A DNA stretch of 64,000 bases from an uncultured Gammaproteobacteria bacterium (GCA_964612105.1 CAZTEU010000003.1:3050-67049), one strand, 5' to 3'; shown: positions 1 to 9,666, numbered from the stretch's first letter. The notes: generated from the sequence alone by a model not told the origin. Numbers and translations: made by a program.

Positions 1-1
1 A

Positions 2-38
2 AAGGTCGTTGTCTTAGGACTTCGACCTTCTTCTTTTT
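2..38 (+). terminator. Probable intrinsic terminator of an upstream + strand gene outside the window
   Basis: AAGGTCG (2-8) pairs with CGACCTT (23-29), with an inner GTCT/GGAC stem, followed by a T-rich tract. Confidence 0.5.
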
Positions 39-50
39 CAAACACAGAAC

Positions 51-119
51 AAAAAACCACCCGAATCTCCTGATAAAGTACCCACATTGAGTAACTTATC
101 AGGTGACGGGTGGATTTTT
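51..119. terminator. Long imperfect inverted repeat, probable terminator for the orphan gene
   Basis: CCACCCG (57-63)/CGGGTGG (107-113) and CCTGATAA (69-76)/TTATCAGG (96-103), with an A-tract on the left and a T-tract on the right. Confidence 0.55.
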
Positions 120-157
120 ATTTCACATCCGGCACCATTACTACACCCCCAGGGATG

Positions 158-925
158 CTAGCTGTCGACTGCAGTATCGTTGTCCGGAACCAGCTGGATT
201 GAGTTCTTGAGTCCGCTTTGCGCTGTCCACATCATGAGCTGAACGCTCCGTGGCTCAATTTGGTCATCACCACCATGCGAACGGTGTGCAAGGTCAGTTG
301 TACGAGACTCTACACCCCCTCGACCGTAGGAGAAGCTGTATGTGACCCAGTATGTGCCCTCCTCATGATATCGGACAGAAAGTGAGTTACAAATTCCGAT
401 CGAATAGAGCAGAATGGCAAACACCACTGGGTATGTGAAACCACTTCCAATCCGCAGGTTGAGTTGTACGGAGAGCTTGGAAACATCCTCGATCTTGTCG
501 AGTTCGCCAGGGCCAGCAAATACATGCGGGCACTCGCTTACAGCGTTCTCGTAGATCTCCTGCCTCAGTGCGCTGATGATTGCGTGTGCACCCCACATGA
601 AGTTAACACCATCTCTATACGTCTCAAAGTTAGAGAGGCCAAGAAGACGAATGTCGCTCAGGAAACCAAGGATAAGGTTCTCAATCCTGTTGACAGCAGA
701 AACTCTGTTCTTTTCGCACTGAACCGTGATTCCCCACGCTCGACGTGCTAAGTCTCGCATCACAGGCGAATCATCGATTGTGATACCGGCAATCTTCTCA
801 CCGGACCACAGCTTCATGAACCGCTTGTAACGCGGAGGTAGTGGGAAGAGCTCCCCCCCATCACCGTCTTCCTCACCGGAACGTAAAGAAGCGCGCACAT
901 CATCCAAATTAACCAAGTCACCCAT
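158..925 (-). CDS. GC-rich hypothetical protein, possibly a degenerate transglutaminase-like fold
   Basis: ORF 158..988 re-started at ATG 925, which follows GGAGGA at 5 nt spacing; has its own promoter and terminator. Confidence 0.7.
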   Translation of the reverse strand: MGDLVNLDDVRASLRSGEEDGDGGELFPLPPRYKRFMKLWSGEKIAGITIDDSPVMRDLARRAWGITVQCEKNRVSAVNRIENLILGFLSDIRLLGLSNFETYRDGVNFMWGAHAIISALRQEIYENAVSECPHVFAGPGELDKIEDVSKLSVQLNLRIGSGFTYPVVFAILLYSIGICNSLSVRYHEEGTYWVTYSFSYGRGGVESRTTDLAHRSHGGDDQIEPRSVQLMMWTAQSGLKNSIQLVPDNDTAVDS

Positions 926-975
926 GTGAATCCTCCAAAGTGACGCCTGTATGCGTCTTAGTCGTTTGTAATACG

Positions 976-1004
976 AGACTAGCAACAAACACTAAAAAAG
1001 TCAA
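976..1004 (-). promoter_or_regulatory. sigma70-type promoter for the orphan gene
   Basis: TTGACT-17 nt-TAGTCT on the minus strand. Confidence 0.55.
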
Positions 1005-1027
1005 AACCCTCCAAAAGGAGGGTTTTT
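1003..1027. terminator. Intrinsic terminator downstream of hppA
   Basis: AAAACCCTCC-AAAA-GGAGGGTTTT perfect hairpin with A/T tails. Confidence 0.8.
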
Positions 1028-1044
1028 ATATCTCTGTGAGTCTT

Positions 1045-3033
1045 TTACTTTAGTAATCCAACAATCAGCAATGCAACTATATTAGCTACCTTAATCATAG
1101 GGTTAATTGCTGGACCCGCTGTATCTTTGTACGGATCACCAACAGTATCACCTGTAACAGCAGCAGCATGTGCATTACTTCCTTTTCCACCATGGTGACC
1201 ATCTTCTATATATTTCTTTGCATTGTCCCAAGCTCCACCACCAGCTGTCATTGAGATTGCTACAAATAGTCCTGTAATGATTGTTCCCACTAGAAGTCCA
1301 CCAAGCGCAGCTTCTCCAAGAATTAGTCCCACAGCTATTGGAACTGCTATTGGGATAAGAGCAGGTAAAATCATTTGTCCGATTGCACCTTTTGTAACTA
1401 TATCTACACATCTTGCATAGTCTGGTTTTCCAGAACCGTCCATAATTCCATGAATTTGCTTAAACTGACGGCGTACTTCACGGACGACATCTCCAGCAAC
1501 CTTACCAACTGATTCCATTAGGAACGCTCCAAACAAGTATGGTAATAGTCCACCAATAAATAGTCCTGCAAGAACATTAGGGTCATCTATCCTAAATACA
1601 CTGCTCATTCCAAATTCTGTAAGTTTGTGAGTATAATCAGCAAATAATACCAGAGCCGCTAAAGCAGCACTTGCAATAGCGTATCCTTTAGTTACAGCTT
1701 TTGTTGTGTTTCCAACTGCGTCTAGCTTATCTGTCCTATTTCTTACATCTTCTGATAAGTTACTCATTTCTGCTATACCACCTGCGTTATCTGTAATTGG
1801 TCCGTATGCATCTATAGCCACAACAATTCCAGTTAGTGAAAGCATTGCCATAGCAGCAATTGCAATTCCATATAGTCCTGCAAGACTAAAAGCACCAAGT
1901 ACAGCTATTACAATAAACAGCACTGGCCAAGCTGTAGCTTTCATAGAAACAGCGAGTCCAGAAATTACGTTTGTTCCGTGTCCAGTTTCACTTGCTTTTG
2001 CAATTGACTTTACTGGTTTGTGTTCTGTAGAAGTGTAGTACTCTGTAATCCAAACCATAAGTCCTGTAAGAACTATTCCAATGAATGCACTGAGGAATAA
2101 TGGTTTTACTCCGATACCAAGTTCTGGAGCATATTGTCTTGTTACAAAGTAGATTCCAATAAGTGCTAATACAGATGTCCAAATTAGTCCTTTGTACAGA
2201 GCACCCATGATGTTCTTTTTTCTTTTTCCAAGCTTAATGAACATTGTTCCAAGAATAGATGCTACGATAGACACACCTCCAATTATTAATGGAAACTCTA
2301 TTGCAGCAATTCCGTTTTCGAAAGTTAGGTAACCAAGAACCATGGTTGCTACTGCAGTTACAGCATATGTCTCAAAAAGGTCTGCTGCCATTCCTGCACA
2401 ATCACCCACGTTATCCCCAACATTATCTGCAATAACAGCTGGATTACGTGGATCATCTTCTGGAATACCAGCCTCCACTTTTCCAACCAAGTCAGCTCCA
2501 ACGTCTGCAGCTTTTGTAAATATTCCACCACCAATTCTAGCAAAGATAGAAATTAAACTTCCACCAAATGCTAGACCGATAAGAGCATCCACGTCTTTGA
2601 AAATCAAATAAAAACCTGTAACACCAAGTAGACCAAGACCTACAACCAAAAGACCTGTTACAGAACCACCTTTTACTGCCACACCTAATGCTTCTTTAAG
2701 GCTCTTCTTTGCAGCCTCTGTTGTTCTTACATTAGCCTGTACAGAGATTATCATTCCTAGATAACCAGATAATCCAGAAAATACGGCCCCAACTAAGAAC
2801 CCTATACCTGTGTTAAGACTCAAGAATTTCCAGAGCACTAGAAATACAACTATTGCTACCCATGCAATTGTCTTGTACTGACGCGAAAGATACGCGCGTG
2901 CTCCTTCTTCTACAGCCTTGGCAATGTTTTGCATTTTTTCATCGCCTGCTGGGAGTTTCTTAATCCATCCTATTAAATATGCGCCGTACGCAATAGCCAA
3001 TACGGCCGGTACGATCGTAAGTGCTTCGAACAT
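1045..3033 (-). CDS. hppA: Membrane-bound H+-translocating pyrophosphatase, K+-independent signature
   Basis: [53 protein letters not shown] and GNTTKA motifs; many TM helices. Confidence 0.96.
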   Translation of the reverse strand: MFEALTIVPAVLAIAYGAYLIGWIKKLPAGDEKMQNIAKAVEEGARAYLSRQYKTIAWVAIVVFLVLWKFLSLNTGIGFLVGAVFSGLSGYLGMIISVQANVRTTEAAKKSLKEALGVAVKGGSVTGLLVVGLGLLGVTGFYLIFKDVDALIGLAFGGSLISIFARIGGGIFTKAADVGADLVGKVEAGIPEDDPRNPAVIADNVGDNVGDCAGMAADLFETYAVTAVATMVLGYLTFENGIAAIEFPLIIGGVSIVASILGTMFIKLGKRKKNIMGALYKGLIWTSVLALIGIYFVTRQYAPELGIGVKPLFLSAFIGIVLTGLMVWITEYYTSTEHKPVKSIAKASETGHGTNVISGLAVSMKATAWPVLFIVIAVLGAFSLAGLYGIAIAAMAMLSLTGIVVAIDAYGPITDNAGGIAEMSNLSEDVRNRTDKLDAVGNTTKAVTKGYAIASAALAALVLFADYTHKLTEFGMSSVFRIDDPNVLAGLFIGGLLPYLFGAFLMESVGKVAGDVVREVRRQFKQIHGIMDGSGKPDYARCVDIVTKGAIGQMILPALIPIAVPIAVGLILGEAALGGLLVGTIITGLFVAISMTAGGGAWDNAKKYIEDGHHGGKGSNAHAAAVTGDTVGDPYKDTAGPAINPMIKVANIVALLIVGLLK

Positions 3034-3075
3034 AGTGTTCTATTTACGAAGTTAATAATGAAAAATACTAGCGAG

Positions 3076-3104
3076 ATTATAGGAAAAAGAGCGAATAAAG
3101 TCAA
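3076..3104 (-). promoter_or_regulatory. sigma70 promoter of hppA
   Basis: TTGACT-17 nt-TATAAT on the minus strand. Confidence 0.75.
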
Positions 3105-3110
3105 TAGACC

Positions 3111-3626
3111 TTAAAACTTATACAAATATATGGATACATCTTTTTCTGAAGGCTTGTTTACAACAATAGGCTCCCAACCCTCTATCTTAAATGCATAAGA
3201 TATTAATTTCATTCCAGATTTAGCCTCTTTTTTTATCTTATCCTTAAACTTCTTCTTTAATTTATCTGGCATTCCCCATACATACACCACATCCGCTTTT
3301 GATATATCCTCCTTGAATAGATTTCCCAATTTGAACTTCACCCTTTTGTTTCTGTGGAATATATTGCGTAGAATGCAAGTAATATACATAACTGGCGCAA
3401 GTTCTACACCAATTGCTTTTACATCAAAATGTTTTCCAGCATATAGAACTACTTTTCCATTACCACATCCAAGATCATAAAAAATATCTCCAGATTTTAG
3501 TTCTGCAACCTCAAAAATTCTTTTCAAATCACGACTTCTGCAAGGAACCCATGGCGCAAAACTAAGAGAAGCGAAAAATGCGCTTCCGAGTAGAATAAAA
3601 ATTATTAGATAAAAAATTAATTCCAT
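3111..3626 (-). CDS. Membrane-anchored class I SAM-dependent methyltransferase
   Basis: N-terminal TM helix, APWVP, DLGCGNG motif I, ADVVYV. Confidence 0.85.
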   Translation of the reverse strand: MELIFYLIIFILLGSAFFASLSFAPWVPCRSRDLKRIFEVAELKSGDIFYDLGCGNGKVVLYAGKHFDVKAIGVELAPVMYITCILRNIFHRNKRVKFKLGNLFKEDISKADVVYVWGMPDKLKKKFKDKIKKEAKSGMKLISYAFKIEGWEPIVVNKPSEKDVSIYLYKF

Positions 3627-3635
3627 TACATTGTT

Positions 3636-4640
3636 TTAACTCTCTACTTCTCTTACTGCTGTCGGAACCTCCATAGTTACAGGCATAGATGTAAATTTAG
3701 TTATTCCTTCGTCCCTTACATTTTCCATAACTTTATCTTTCTTAGCAAGAATAACATATCCCTGCGCCTCTATCCACCAACCTATCATCAGCATTTCTAT
3801 CAATCCATATAATTCTGCAACTGCAAGAGAAAAAGGTTTAGTATGAATTTTTATAAAGTTTAGAAGTCCATTAATATTTTTGAGAAAGAAAAATTTATTT
3901 TGTTTGTGTAGTGCTTCGTACATTTCATCTGGATGAACAAAAAACTTTGCCCAGAACACAGAATACATTTTTTTAATAACAAAACCAGCTTTTCCCAACA
4001 AATCAATTAGTTCTGTTTTACTGTACAAAGAAATATGATGCTCCGCATGAGGATCTGTATTGAGCCCTCTTTTGAACATATAATTTCTTATGTAGGCATG
4101 TCTACCAAGTTTTGACTCAGCAAACATTGCCAAAGTACCACCTTGTTTAAGAGCACGTGTAATTTCTAACAACCATGAGGGAACATCACTAACATGACCA
4201 AGAACATCTGAGCTATATACCACATCTACTGTTCCATCAGAAAAAGGAAGAGTCTTGCCATCGAACCAAAGAATCTCAGCCCACACACCAGATTCTTTTA
4301 TTTTTCTCTTCGCAACATCTGTTTGTAGTTGGATTACATCTAACCCAATCACTTCTACAGACCTACCAAACATCTTCTTGAAGTCCACTACTGCCCCGCC
4401 TGTTCCACAACCAATATCTATTATTCTTGGTTTCCTACCCTCTCTCTTTGCTTGATTAACAGCTCTCCTTACATACTTGTATAGCAAGAATTTCTTAGGA
4501 TAAAAAACAAGCTTTAACCTGTCTTTAATAGTAATATGCTCACCTATAAAGACTGGAGGGGCATCCCACATTTCTGTCCCCTCACCCTCAACAGTCCCCC
4601 ATCCGCGAGACTTGCTTTTTTCTTTTTTTTCGTGTTTCAT
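3636..4640 (-). CDS. Class I SAM-dependent methyltransferase (Methyltransf_11-like)
   Basis: IIDIGCGTG, LPFSDGTVDVV, RALKQGG. Confidence 0.85.
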   Translation of the reverse strand: MKHEKKEKSKSRGWGTVEGEGTEMWDAPPVFIGEHITIKDRLKLVFYPKKFLLYKYVRRAVNQAKREGRKPRIIDIGCGTGGAVVDFKKMFGRSVEVIGLDVIQLQTDVAKRKIKESGVWAEILWFDGKTLPFSDGTVDVVYSSDVLGHVSDVPSWLLEITRALKQGGTLAMFAESKLGRHAYIRNYMFKRGLNTDPHAEHHISLYSKTELIDLLGKAGFVIKKMYSVFWAKFFVHPDEMYEALHKQNKFFFLKNINGLLNFIKIHTKPFSLAVAELYGLIEMLMIGWWIEAQGYVILAKKDKVMENVRDEGITKFTSMPVTMEVPTAVREVES

Positions 4641-4667
4641 GTCTTTTAGTATATCATAGTAGTTAAT

Positions 4668-5381
4668 ATGTTGGAGAATGGATTTATTTTAATAGACAAA
4701 CCAAAAGACTGGACCAGCCATGATGTTGTTGGGTATCTTCGTGGTGTTACAAAAATTAAGAAGATTGGGCACGCGGGCACGCTAGATCCATTTGCAACAG
4801 GCCTACTTATTGTTGGAATAGGTCGTGAAGCTACCAAACTACTGGACTCATTCCATAGGCATGAGAAAACTTACACTACAAAGATAAAACTTGGAGCCGT
4901 GAGTGATTCCCAGGATAGTACAGGTGTAATTACTCAATATGGTAATAATATAAAACCAGAACTGGTAGATGTTATAAAAACATTAGAATCTTTTGAGGGA
5001 GAACAAGAACAAATTCCACCCATGCATTCAGCAAAAAAAGTGGGCGGTAAAAAGCTATATGACCTAGCAAGAAAAGGAATAGAAATAGAACGACAGCCAA
5101 ATACTATTAATATCTCAAATATTGAGTTAATAAGTTACGACTTCCCCACCCTAGAAATATCTGTAACTTGCTCTACCGGAACATACATACGTACTCTTAC
5201 TCACGACATTGGACAAGCTCTTGGAACAGGCGCTTACTGCGAAGAATTACGTAGAACATCAATTGGGTCATATTCTGTTAATGATGCTCATCTTCCTAAG
5301 ACCCTCTCAAAGCAAGATATCCACAGGCACCTATTTTTTCCTTCGCAAACCAACCAGATTGACAAAAACCAGAATATGTGA
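4668..5381 (+). CDS. truB: tRNA pseudouridine(55) synthase
   Basis: DKPKDWTSHDVV, GHAGTLDPFATG, QIPPMHSAKK, CSTGTYIRTL. Confidence 0.96.
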   Translation: MLENGFILIDKPKDWTSHDVVGYLRGVTKIKKIGHAGTLDPFATGLLIVGIGREATKLLDSFHRHEKTYTTKIKLGAVSDSQDSTGVITQYGNNIKPELVDVIKTLESFEGEQEQIPPMHSAKKVGGKKLYDLARKGIEIERQPNTINISNIELISYDFPTLEISVTCSTGTYIRTLTHDIGQALGTGAYCEELRRTSIGSYSVNDAHLPKTLSKQDIHRHLFFPSQTNQIDKNQNM

Positions 5382-5387
5382 TAATCT
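5359..5387 (+). promoter_or_regulatory. sigma70 promoter for the structured RNA/rny transcript
   Basis: TTGACA (5359-5364)-17 nt-TAATCT (5382-5387). Confidence 0.65.
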
Positions 5388-5411
5388 GTACTCAGTTATT
5401 ATTCAATAAAG

Positions 5412-5574
5412 TCTGACTCGGATCTAAATCTGTTGTGGTGGAAAAAGGGCTAATCTTAGCAAAAATGTCAATTATTACCTCAGAAAAAACACTCAATACC
5501 GCATAATTCTCGCGGAATTGTTCGTCTACAAAAAAATTATTGACTCCACACAATAGAATAGACTCCGGCTCAGG
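5412..5574 (+). ncRNA. Rod-shaped structured RNA, candidate 6S RNA or rny leader
   Basis: Nested pairing CTGA/TCAG, TCGGA/TCCGG, TCTA/TAGA, TCTGTTGT/ACAATAGA, GTGGA/TCCAC, GTCAAT/ATTGAC, CCGC/GCGG; lies directly upstream of rny. Confidence 0.5.
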
Positions 5575-5590
5575 TACGGAAATTTTTTGT

Positions 5591-7126
5591 ATGATTTTTA
5601 CTAAAACAGTTATAGCTATCCTGATCAGTCTTACCACTGGTGGTGTTGGGTTGATTCTGGGATACATTCTGCGCAAGCAAATTGCAGCGTCTCAAGCCAA
5701 CAATGTTGAGGCAATTGCAGAGAAGAAGCTAATGCAGGCAAGAAATAAGGAGCAGGAAGTTCTACTCCAAGCTAAGGAGAAAGCCATCAAAATTATTGAT
5801 GAAGCCAAGAAAGACGAGGTAGAACGTCGCAAAGAGAACAAGGATATGCAACATCGTCTGCAAAAGCGTGAGGAAATGTTCGATAAACAGCTCCTTGATT
5901 TTGAGAACAAAAAAACTGACTTACAGGAGAAAGCGGAACTGGTAAAGAAGATTAAAACTCAAATTGAGAAAAAGCATGATGAAGCTGTAAACAAACTTTC
6001 TGAGATTTCTAACTTCACCCCAGACCAAGCTAAAGAAGAGCTGTTCCAGAAGATAGAGGTAAACGCAAAGGAAGACCTTATGGGTCGTGTTCTAAAAATG
6101 GAACAGCAGGGTCATGAAACACTTGAGGAAAAAGCACAAGATATAATGATCTGTGCAATGCAAAGAACAGCTGCTAACCATGCTTCAGAAACCACCTCTA
6201 CTGCGGTACCTCTTCCAAGCGATGAAATGAAGGGGCGTATCATTGGAAAAGAAGGAAGAAATATTAAGACAATAGAAAAGCTTACGGGTTGTGAGCTTAT
6301 TATTGATGAAACTCCAGAGCTTATACTAATCTCAAGTTTCTCACCAATCCGTCGTCGTGTGTGTTCTATTGCTCTATCTAAACTTATTAAAGATGGACGT
6401 ATACAACCAGCAAAAATTGAGGAATATGTGCAAGAGGCAAAGAAAGAGCTTGCAATAGACCTTAAGAAAGCTGGAGAGGAAGCGTTACATAAGATGGGAA
6501 TTGTTGGAATAGACCCAAAACTAGCTTCAATAGTTGGACGATTAAAATATCGTACAAGTTATGGGCAGAACGTACTAAACCACTCACTAGAAGTAGGATA
6601 CCTAGCTGGAATTATGGCTCAGGAAGTTGGAGCAGATCCACAGAAAGCACGTCGTGCTGGATTCTTCCACGATATTGGAAAAGCTGTAGACCACGATACA
6701 GAAGGTACACATACAGAAATTGGTTATACGATTATAAAGAAATTCAAACTAGATGAAGATACAGCTCAGGTTGCACTTACTCATCACGACACTAATCCCC
6801 CACTATTACTCACCAAACTTGTAATGGCTGCAGATGCGATTTCTGCATCACGTGTTGGTGCTCGTCGTGACAGTTATGAGGAATATGTTGCTCGCCTTAA
6901 AGAGTTAGAAGGCACAGCAAAAGACTTCCCTGGTGTGGATAAGGTATATGCTATCCAGGCTGGACGTGAAGTTCGTGTATTCATTAATCCTCATGATGTG
7001 GATGACTACCAGGCATATAACCTAGCTAAGGATATTGCTCGTAGAATAGAAAATGAGTTATCGTATCCCGGAGAGATTAAGGTAAATGTTATACGAGAGA
7101 CTCGCACGATAGAGTACGCGAGGTAA
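5591..7126 (+). CDS. rny: Ribonuclease Y
   Basis: N-terminal TM, coiled coil, KH domain (MKGRIIGKEGRNI), HD domain (RTSYGQNVLNHS, HDIGKA); start moved to ATG 5591. Confidence 0.96.
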   Translation: MIFTKTVIAILISLTTGGVGLILGYILRKQIAASQANNVEAIAEKKLMQARNKEQEVLLQAKEKAIKIIDEAKKDEVERRKENKDMQHRLQKREEMFDKQLLDFENKKTDLQEKAELVKKIKTQIEKKHDEAVNKLSEISNFTPDQAKEELFQKIEVNAKEDLMGRVLKMEQQGHETLEEKAQDIMICAMQRTAANHASETTSTAVPLPSDEMKGRIIGKEGRNIKTIEKLTGCELIIDETPELILISSFSPIRRRVCSIALSKLIKDGRIQPAKIEEYVQEAKKELAIDLKKAGEEALHKMGIVGIDPKLASIVGRLKYRTSYGQNVLNHSLEVGYLAGIMAQEVGADPQKARRAGFFHDIGKAVDHDTEGTHTEIGYTIIKKFKLDEDTAQVALTHHDTNPPLLLTKLVMAADAISASRVGARRDSYEEYVARLKELEGTAKDFPGVDKVYAIQAGREVRVFINPHDVDDYQAYNLAKDIARRIENELSYPGEIKVNVIRETRTIEYAR

Positions 7127-7140
7127 TAAAACAGATAAAA

Positions 7141-7171
7141 AATAAAAGAGCCCGTTATGGGTTCTTTTATT
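7141..7171 (+). terminator. rny terminator
   Basis: AATAAAAGAGCCC-GTTAT-GGGTTCTTTTATT hairpin followed by T's. Confidence 0.75.
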
Positions 7172-7191
7172 TTCATGCTTTTTTCCCTCTA

Positions 7192-7220
7192 TTGACTGTT
7201 TTTTTATAATGTTGTAGAAT
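7192..7220 (+). promoter_or_regulatory. sigma70 promoter of the HU gene
   Basis: TTGACT-17 nt-TAGAAT. Confidence 0.65.
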
Positions 7221-7248
7221 AAAAGCATATTTTTCAATAAGACATAAT

Positions 7249-7623
7249 ATGAGCACAGTAAACAAAGTCGCACTTGCGCAAATGATTGCCGACAAAGTCG
7301 GACTTAATAAAAAAGAAGGAGAAGAGGTTGTAGCAGCATTCACTCAGATTGTTACAGACACACTTGTAAAAGGTGATGATGTAACGATTTCAGGTTTTGG
7401 TGCATTTAGCGCTAAAATGCGCGCAGGAAGAGTTGGGGTAAACCCACAGAACCCAAGTCAGAAAATAGATATACCACCTGTCACAGTACCAAAATTCAAG
7501 GCTGGAAAGGCTCTAAAGGATGCATTAAAGAAAAAAGGATCATCTACACCCGCAGAACCAGTAAATGAAGCTAATACAGATTCAGAAGCTCCGGTACTAA
7601 ATGATTCACACTCAGATTTCTAA
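7249..7623 (+). CDS. hup: HU family DNA-binding protein with a C-terminal extension
   Basis: VTISGFGAF, GVNPQN, PKFKAGKALKDAL; about 30 extra low-complexity residues. Confidence 0.92.
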   Translation: MSTVNKVALAQMIADKVGLNKKEGEEVVAAFTQIVTDTLVKGDDVTISGFGAFSAKMRAGRVGVNPQNPSQKIDIPPVTVPKFKAGKALKDALKKKGSSTPAEPVNEANTDSEAPVLNDSHSDF

Positions 7624-7641
7624 ACTTAAGCAAAACACCAC

Positions 7642-7667
7642 AAAACCCCGAAATTATCGGGGTTTTT
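7642..7667. terminator. Bidirectional terminator between HU and the tRNAs
   Basis: AAAACCCCGA-AATTA-TCGGGGTTTT. Confidence 0.8.
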
Positions 7668-7672
7668 GATTG

Positions 7673-7746
7673 TGTCAGGGGGGAGATTTGAACTCCCGAC
7701 CTCAGGGTTATGAATCCTGCGCTCTCACCAACTGAGCTACCCTGAC
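7673..7746 (-). tRNA. tRNA with CAU anticodon (elongator Met, or Ile2); CCA not encoded
   Basis: Reverse strand GTCAGGG TAGCTCAGTTGGTGAGAGC ... CAGGA-TT-CAT-AA-CCCTG ... GGAGTTCAAATCTCC CCCTGAC A; G1-C72 pair argues against an initiator. Confidence 0.9.
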
Positions 7747-7752
7747 TTTTTG

Positions 7753-7824
7753 CAGCCCCAAGGGGAATCGAACCCCTGTTTGATGGATGAGAACCATCTG
7801 TCCTAACCACTAGACGATGGGGCC
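7753..7824 (-). tRNA. tRNA-Glu (CUC); CCA not encoded
   Basis: Reverse strand GGCCCCATCGTCTAGTGGTTAGGACA GATGG-TT-CTC-AT-CCATC ... GGGGTTCGATTCCCC TTGGGGCTG. Confidence 0.93.
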
Positions 7825-7845
7825 GTGTAAGCAATTAACGAGAGG

Positions 7846-7874
7846 AGTATACATTTTTTTATCTCTCTGGTCAA
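7846..7874 (-). promoter_or_regulatory. Promoter of the tRNA pair
   Basis: TTGACC-17 nt-TATACT on the minus strand. Confidence 0.7.
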
Positions 7875-7879
7875 GTGTG

Positions 7880-9661
7880 TTATCTACTTGGAGGCACTTG
7901 GTAATATTGCAATAGAAATTTAGCAATATCACCAAACGTGTTTGCAGCTGTACTCGCAGAGAAACGACGTCTAGGCTTCTCATACTTTACTATCATTACA
8001 AACCTTGGATTGTCCGCTGGAGCAAAACCAATAAACGAATGATTTGTCTCGTCTGTATACCCTCCCTTTCCAGGAATCTGTGCTGTACCTGTCTTACCAG
8101 CAACATAATATCCATCAACACCAGCACGCCCAGCATGACCATTGTCTACTACATTCACTAACATACCTCCTACGAGTTTAGATGTTCTTTGGCTTACAAC
8201 TCTGCGTATCTCTATTGGTTTTGTCCTCTCAATTTTACCATCACTATATCTTATTTCCTCAACGATATATGGTTTCTGCAATACTCCACCATTAGCTATA
8301 GCAGAAAAAGATGTAGCCATTTGCATTGGTGTTGCTGTTATTCCTTGACCAAATGATGCAGTAGCTCCATAGCAATCAAGGCTATTATCATTGTTTATGG
8401 ACAAGGTGTCTATTACACCTGTCCTCTCTGTGTCTAACTCTACACCCTCCTTAACCCCAAAACCAAAATTCTCTATATATTCTCTAAACTTTGCCTTTCC
8501 TAGCTGTTCTGCCACATACACCATTCCTGTATTTACTGAGTTTTCTAAAACCTCACTCATTGTTTGTTCTTCATACACTTTTCCATCTGCATTTCTTATT
8601 GGTTTTTGACAAACACCAGCCTTAGATCCGGAATCATAGAATATACTTTGTGGAGTTAGCAATGACTCATTAATAGCCCCAGCCATTGCTATTGGTTTAA
8701 AAATAGAACCTGGTTCGTATGGAGTGAAAATTGCTGTATTGTTATATACCTCAATTGTTTCTACCTCATTGTATGTATTTGGATCGAAGTCTGGCAATGA
8801 GCACATGGCCCTAACTGCCCCAGAATATGGATCCATTATTATTAATGACGCGCTAGTAGCGCCATATTCTTCCATACCTGCTCTAAGATATTCACAGGCT
8901 TTGAACTGGACAGTGCGATCAATTGTCAAAAGTAGGTCAGCCCCATCTTTTGCTGGTTTTAGGGATTTTCCAGCCAGAGAAATCCAACTACCAGAAGCAC
9001 TACGAACACCTTCTAAAAAACCACCACTTCCACTAAGATCCCTGTTCCAATACCCCTCTATACCGTATCTTCCTATCTCTCTCTCACCAGTATCATCCTT
9101 ACCTAAAAAACCAATTACATGGGCAGCCAGGACACCTTCTGGGTAGTATCTAAATGATTTTCTTATAAAACCTATCCCTTCCAACTCCATAGCTCTTATT
9201 TGATCTACAACGTCATGGGCTACTTTTTGTTCAATTGGCTCATAAGGATCATCTACTTTTTTTAGTTTTAGGAAAAGTTGAAACTTCTGCTCATCATCGT
9301 ATTTGAAAACTGAGGATAGCTTTTCTGCTATGTCCTCAGCCTGTTCTTCTGAAGATATGTCACGAGTATCAGCAAAAACAACAAAATAATCTGCATTTAT
9401 TGCAAGTTTATACTCCTCGCCACTTCTAGAGTCCTGCACGTATACATTTCCGCGCTCAGGAACTAACTTTGCATAGATTTCCTGCGTTCCTTGTGCAAGA
9501 GCAACATAGAAACTATGCTGGAAGATCATAAGAAAAATTAGACGAATAGCAACCGCTCCTGCAAAACCAAAAACAACCCATGATAGTAGATCTATACGTG
9601 TAAAGCTATATTTATGTTTGCGTGGGCTTTCAGAATAGCGCCCATAGATCCTAGTTGCCAT
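7880..9661 (-). CDS. Class B penicillin-binding protein (FtsI/PBP2 family transpeptidase)
   Basis: TM anchor, PERG, YEPGSIFK (SxxK), SVN (SxN), AGKTGTAQ (KTG). Confidence 0.93.
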   Translation of the reverse strand: MATRIYGRYSESPRKHKYSFTRIDLLSWVVFGFAGAVAIRLIFLMIFQHSFYVALAQGTQEIYAKLVPERGNVYVQDSRSGEEYKLAINADYFVVFADTRDISSEEQAEDIAEKLSSVFKYDDEQKFQLFLKLKKVDDPYEPIEQKVAHDVVDQIRAMELEGIGFIRKSFRYYPEGVLAAHVIGFLGKDDTGEREIGRYGIEGYWNRDLSGSGGFLEGVRSASGSWISLAGKSLKPAKDGADLLLTIDRTVQFKACEYLRAGMEEYGATSASLIIMDPYSGAVRAMCSLPDFDPNTYNEVETIEVYNNTAIFTPYEPGSIFKPIAMAGAINESLLTPQSIFYDSGSKAGVCQKPIRNADGKVYEEQTMSEVLENSVNTGMVYVAEQLGKAKFREYIENFGFGVKEGVELDTERTGVIDTLSINNDNSLDCYGATASFGQGITATPMQMATSFSAIANGGVLQKPYIVEEIRYSDGKIERTKPIEIRRVVSQRTSKLVGGMLVNVVDNGHAGRAGVDGYYVAGKTGTAQIPGKGGYTDETNHSFIGFAPADNPRFVMIVKYEKPRRRFSASTAANTFGDIAKFLLQYYQVPPSR

Positions 9662-9666
9662 ATTCT

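Noticed and set aside
51-119. Long hairpin as an attC site or IS end
   Set aside because: Lacks AAC/GTT termini, no second copy or transposase seen; A/T tails fit a terminator
1175-2611. Short alternative-frame and antisense ORFs inside hppA (same pattern inside most long genes)
   Set aside because: Shadow ORFs from codon bias, with no motifs or expression signals
5392-5676. 94-aa minus-strand ORF and the TTG-extended rny N-terminus from 5540
   Set aside because: Antisense to rny and the structured RNA; ATG 5591 gives the expected TM-first RNase Y
7673-7824. tRNAs as an integration site for a mobile element
   Set aside because: No integrase and no duplicated tRNA 3' end seen in the window
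7571-7834. 87-aa minus-strand ORF
   Set aside because: Runs through two tRNA genes and a terminator; spurious
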